A stretch of DNA of 64,000 nucleotides from assembly GCA_963778115.1 (NCBI GenBank), contig CAVZSV010000004.1, forward strand, positions 1,472,001 through 1,536,000. The letters are read 5' to 3'. Made by a program: the position numbers and the translations under genes. This DNA is from an uncultured delta proteobacterium. GTDB taxonomy: Bacteria; Bdellovibrionota; FAC87; UBA2466. Under the pieces are notes generated by a model. The model was given only the letters and a program-made list of their open reading frames with translations. It did no database searches and was not told the DNA's origin. Below are positions 60,054 through 64,000 of this stretch, piece by piece (within the stretch, counting starts at the first letter, position 1; the number at the start of each line of letters is the position of its first letter).

Positions 60054-61445
60054 TTATTTCGGCTGTCTATATTTCTTAGCGTAGCCCTCTTTGGTCGTCT
60101 GTCGCCCCCGACTCACTACTAAGGAGTCGGGAGGAACATCCTCCGTCACCGTAGATCCCGAAGCAACGTAACTTCCTGATCCTATTTTAACGGGTGCTAC
60201 CGTTTGGGAATCGCTTCCTACAAATACGTTATCTCCGATGATGGTCTTATGTTTCTTTGGCCCACCATCGTAGTTACAAGTGATAAACCCACAACCAAGA
60301 TTTACGTCAGCCCCTATTTCAGCATCTCCTACGTAACTTAGATGCGAGGCTTTGGAACCTTTACCCATTCGGCTTTTCTTCACCTCAACAAAATTTCCTA
60401 TTTTGACGCCACTATCTAAAATCGATTCTGGACGAAGGTGGGCATAAGGCCCCACGGAGGATTCCGAACCTATTTCGCTCTTCTCCAGATAAGACCCCTG
60501 CTTTACATGAACATTGGCCTCAATTCGGGTGTCGATGATTCGGCAATTGCTCTCAATGCGACTTCCCCTGCCGATAGAAGAATTTAAAATGAAACAACCA
60601 TTCTCAAGGTACGTATCTTGCTCAAAACTGCTTTGACTGTCGATCCAAGTCGACTGAGGATCGAGAAGAGTCACCCCCTTAAGCATCCACTTGCGATTAA
60701 TCTTTTCTTTGAAAGACTGTTCCACTTCATGGAGCGCTACCCTATCGTTAATGCCCGTTATTTCGGAAGCGTCCTTCAAAAGGTAAGGCGTTACTCGCTT
60801 ACCTTCAGTTGTTAGAATTCGTACTACATCGGTTAAATAAAACTCACTTTGGTTATTGTGGCTGTGTACCTTCGCCAAAGCGGGAAACAAAAGTTCTATG
60901 GAAAAGCAATAAAGACCACCGTTAATCTCCCCAATGGTCTTTTCCTCAGCGCTGCAATCGACGTCTTCACGGATTTCAGCAATCGTCTCAGAGCCTCCTC
61001 TTAAGATGCGTCCATACCCGCTGGGGTCTGTCAGATGAGCGGTGGCCACCGTACAAGCGGAACCCGTTTCGAAATGTCTCTTTAACATTCCTTCTAGGGA
61101 ACTCTTAGTCAGGCAAATAACATCCCCGCTTAATATCAACAGGGTTCCCTTTTTCCCGCGAAACATCCCTTCGACTGCGTTCACGGCATCAGCGGTTCCG
61201 CGCTGCTTTTCTTGCCGAGCAAATTGGATGGCGGAATAGCTTTCGCAAGCTTCACGAACCTTTGATTCCCCGTGGCCCACTACTACGGTAACGCTCTGAT
61301 TGGGAATACTAAGTGCCAGATCAAGAACGTAATGAATCATGGGCCGAAAGAGAACCGGATGGACCACTTTGGGAAGTTCAGAAACCATTCGTTTGCCCTG
61401 ACCTGCAGCAAGCACTAGTACGTGCGGTGATTGAGACGCCGTCAT
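60054..61445 (-). CDS. glmU: Bifunctional UDP-GlcNAc pyrophosphorylase / glucosamine-1-phosphate acetyltransferase
   Basis: LAAGQGKRM, PKV, GYGRI, EFYLTD, GNFVEVK, HLSYVGDA, TCNYDG. Confidence 0.97.
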   Translation of the reverse strand: MTASQSPHVLVLAAGQGKRMVSELPKVVHPVLFRPMIHYVLDLALSIPNQSVTVVVGHGESKVREACESYSAIQFARQEKQRGTADAVNAVEGMFRGKKGTLLILSGDVICLTKSSLEGMLKRHFETGSACTVATAHLTDPSGYGRILRGGSETIAEIREDVDCSAEEKTIGEINGGLYCFSIELLFPALAKVHSHNNQSEFYLTDVVRILTTEGKRVTPYLLKDASEITGINDRVALHEVEQSFKEKINRKWMLKGVTLLDPQSTWIDSQSSFEQDTYLENGCFILNSSIGRGSRIESNCRIIDTRIEANVHVKQGSYLEKSEIGSESSVGPYAHLRPESILDSGVKIGNFVEVKKSRMGKGSKASHLSYVGDAEIGADVNLGCGFITCNYDGGPKKHKTIIGDNVFVGSDSQTVAPVKIGSGSYVASGSTVTEDVPPDSLVVSRGRQTTKEGYAKKYRQPK

Positions 61446-61447
61446 CG

Positions 61448-62401
61448 TTACCCCTTCTTAACAAATGATTGGGATTCGCGAGCGATCGCGGCATCTTTTT
61501 TAATTTGAGCCGTTAGTTGCTCCACGGATGAAAATTTCATTTCGTCGCGTATCCGTTCTAAGAATTCCACTTCGATAAACTCGTCATAAATACGAGCTTG
61601 AAAATCGAGTAGATGAACCTCAATTTTTATCGGTGGGCGTTCTGAACCCGACCCCGAAAAGGTAGGCCGAATGCCAACGTTAGTAACAGAACGATACCAC
61701 TGTTCCTGCCAACGCGCTTTAGTAACGTAAACGCCATTCTTGGGAAGAACCTTTTCACTAGCGATTTGTAAATTTGCTGTGGGAAACCCTATCGTCTGCC
61801 CTCGCCCATCTCCTCGGGTCACCTGCCCCGAAACGGAATAAGGTCGTCCCAAAAGATCCCGAGCCCTGGCGACGTCACCGTCTAGGATGGCGTTTCGCAC
61901 CGCCGAACTACTGACACGGGTCCCCTTCCATTCGAAGGGCGGCAAGATTTCCAAGTGTAAACCATCTCGGTCGCACCACTGCTTTAGCAACTCGGTGTCT
62001 CCGGCGCGATCTTTGCCAAATCTGAAGTTAAATCCCACGTGGATACTCTTCGCCGCTAGCCCATCGCGTAGATAGTTTGTGTAAAAAGTTTCCGGACTGA
62101 GCTCCGCCAGGCGCTTATCGAAAGGAGCGACCAGCACGAATTCGACTCCCAGCGGCTCAAGTTGCGCCAGTTTCTCGGAGGTCGTGGTAAGACGTTCCAG
62201 CTTTTTTCCTGGCTTTAAAACTTCTACCGGATGGGGGAAAAAGGTAAGGACCGCGGGAACCAGAGAGGCTTGATTCGCATAAGCCTTCATGCCGCTTAGC
62301 AAAGCAACATGGCCTCGGTGGCAGCCATCGAAATTGCCGATGGCGACAGCAGAAGGTGAGATTTTACGCGCTATTTCCTCAAGTCGATGGAAGACTTGCA
62401 T
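61448..62401 (-). CDS. ribF: Bifunctional riboflavin kinase / FAD synthetase
   Basis: IGNFDGCHRGH, TFFPHP, VSSS, GFPTAN, NVGIRPTF, EVHL. Confidence 0.97.
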   Translation of the reverse strand: MQVFHRLEEIARKISPSAVAIGNFDGCHRGHVALLSGMKAYANQASLVPAVLTFFPHPVEVLKPGKKLERLTTTSEKLAQLEPLGVEFVLVAPFDKRLAELSPETFYTNYLRDGLAAKSIHVGFNFRFGKDRAGDTELLKQWCDRDGLHLEILPPFEWKGTRVSSSAVRNAILDGDVARARDLLGRPYSVSGQVTRGDGRGQTIGFPTANLQIASEKVLPKNGVYVTKARWQEQWYRSVTNVGIRPTFSGSGSERPPIKIEVHLLDFQARIYDEFIEVEFLERIRDEMKFSSVEQLTAQIKKDAAIARESQSFVKKG

Positions 62402-62435
62402 TCAAACAGCCTATCTAGTTTTTTTAAAAAACTAT

Positions 62436-62954
62436 CTAGTGCGAAATCGGAGCCGTTGAAGTCTGAGACAAAGAACTTCGCTCCGCGGCCTTGCGACCGG
62501 CCACGACTTTACTTCGTCCCGTAGTTTTCTTGGACTTAGTACTCGTGCCGGTACCGCTCTTACTTTTTGAACCAGAAGCAGAACGCGACTTGGACGATTT
62601 CTTTGAAACGGGCTTAGCGAGTTTTTCGTTCAAGGAGAGGGATTTCAAGTACGTCACCAATTCATTAAATCCCTGATTGATCCGGCCCGCCTCGTAATTA
62701 ATGAGATGAGTCACTTTCTTTTCTACATCAACACGGGTCTTTTGAAGCTGGTGCGCAAAAGCGTCCAATTGCTTGCGGCTTTTATCCCTGGCATCTCGGC
62801 TCTTAAGATCCAAATCCTGGACCACCGATTTCAATCGTTTTTCGTAACCAGTCCACTGTTTGGAAACGCCCTGCAACCAATCGGAGTTTCTGAGCGAAGA
62901 ACCCAGGAGCTCCTTCACATCTAACAAAGTCTTTCTTGCCGATTTTTCCGCCAT
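62436..62954 (-). CDS. Hypothetical helical protein with K/S-rich tail (phasin-like architecture)
   Basis: AAGGAG before ATG 62954; amphipathic helical N-region, basic low-complexity C-tail. Confidence 0.7.
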   Translation of the reverse strand: MAEKSARKTLLDVKELLGSSLRNSDWLQGVSKQWTGYEKRLKSVVQDLDLKSRDARDKSRKQLDAFAHQLQKTRVDVEKKVTHLINYEAGRINQGFNELVTYLKSLSLNEKLAKPVSKKSSKSRSASGSKSKSGTGTSTKSKKTTGRSKVVAGRKAAERSSLSQTSTAPISH

Positions 62955-63072
62955 GACATTCTCCTTTTCGCTCTTCGCCGAGGCGATTGCGGGTCCAATG
63001 TATGGCACCGGCCAAAAATGTCAAGAAAAGTCGGGGATTAACCGGGGAAGTAGCGCCGGACTTAACGGGCCA

Positions 63073-63606
63073 TTAGAAGGTACACTGCTGATCGGGCAGG
63101 ACAATCCCTTGGAAGGGAACGAATCGATAGGTACAGGGCTGGCCCCCTTGGGAAACACATCCCCCTTGTGCGGTCAGATCGAGTTCGTTGGTTAGGTTGT
63201 ATTGAAACATTTCCGGGCTGCCCACTTGAGTGGGTGTACTCACTCCATCGCCACCACCGCTATTGTCGGCAGGCTCGCTAAAAGTGAGCGAAAGCTGGTT
63301 TGTACTCGGCGACACGTTATAAGTGAAGGTCAACGCGGGGGTATTAAACTCTTCATTATTTTGAACTTTAAAGACAGACCCCGTGTAATTGTTAGAAAAC
63401 TGAATAATCTCAAAATTGGTGTTGGAGAGGTTTTGTACTGACGGATCTGTGGTGGAGACCAGACGAAACTGTTGGTTCGTGATTGTGGTTAAGGCCTGAC
63501 CGGGCTGCTGACACAATTGCTGGCAAGCCGGGAAGCAGATAACGCTTAGCAGTGCCAACCAGATGTATAGGCTTCTTATGCTGATGCTATGTGGGTTTCT
63601 CTTCAT
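63073..63606 (-). CDS. Hypothetical lipoprotein
   Basis: Lipobox-like FPAC after a hydrophobic stretch; beta-rich, several Cys. Confidence 0.7.
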   Translation of the reverse strand: MKRNPHSISIRSLYIWLALLSVICFPACQQLCQQPGQALTTITNQQFRLVSTTDPSVQNLSNTNFEIIQFSNNYTGSVFKVQNNEEFNTPALTFTYNVSPSTNQLSLTFSEPADNSGGGDGVSTPTQVGSPEMFQYNLTNELDLTAQGGCVSQGGQPCTYRFVPFQGIVLPDQQCTF

Positions 63607-63963
63607 AAGTTGTTAAATCCACGTTGTCTTAAGGCCAATTCGAAACTTCTTGTCTTGGTAATAATGCAAAGAGGCTGCCAGCACGGATCGAAAAATCCCA
63701 CAAGAAAATCTTTAAATTTCATATGGTTAAACTAAGAGGCAGGTGAAGTAAGTGACGATTGACTATACGACTCTCAGAATACACAAGAAATTTCATACAT
63801 TCCGGGCGATTAGACCGATCAATTATGAAACACTCTCCACGAAAGCCCGCTAAAGAAACCCTCCCAAGACGCCGTTCTAATCACATGAAGGCTGTAAGGC
63901 CCGAGCCGCTCGGTAGTCTCGAGTGGGGTCCACGGAGTTGGACAGAAGAGAGATCCAATTCCG

Positions 63964-63999
63964 ATGGCCGAAAACAAAAAGAAAAACGTCGACCCGCTC
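63964..63999 (+). CDS. Possible start of a gene running off the window (MAENKKKNVDPL...)
   Basis: ATG after an AG-rich stretch, open to the window end; only 12 codons visible. Confidence 0.3.
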   Translation, partial: MAENKKKNVDPL

Positions 64000-64000
64000 T

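Overview
Gene-dense bacterial chromosome segment, most likely from a Bdellovibrionota-like (delta-type, possibly predatory) organism. This is inferred from the type IVa pilin, a PilR-like sigma-54 regulator, a REC-GGDEF cyclase, several secreted proteases and three tandem OppA proteins. In order the window holds: a heme O/A synthesis cluster with an ABC exporter and a cupredoxin-like protein; mtnA with an ECF sigma/anti-sigma pair; two CNNM/CBS genes; two divergent basic proteins; cinA; a protease cluster (CPBP, beta-barrel-fused SppA, TPP-II-like subtilase); a 1.5 kb stretch of mobile-element debris; a diguanylate cyclase; pilA among glycosylation genes; tRNA-Ala(GGC); ung; sugar aminotransferases; aguBA behind an unknown Cys/His-rich Rossmann protein; an oppA-A-A-B-C-D-F locus; a second GT-C-rich block; the PilR-like regulator; a RAYT transposase pseudogene; glmU and ribF. 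The most unusual signals are (i) two translationally coupled 8-codon mini-ORFs that copy the OppC C-terminus between oppC and oppD, (ii) a structured leader before the third oppA with partial TPP/ykkC riboswitch likeness, (iii) an outer-membrane-barrel/SppA fusion, (iv) five GT-C-type membrane proteins between pilA and pilR, and (v) two inverted hexamer-repeat arrays. No CRISPR array, rRNA gene or intact mobile element was seen. All calls come from reading motifs by eye; no searches were run.
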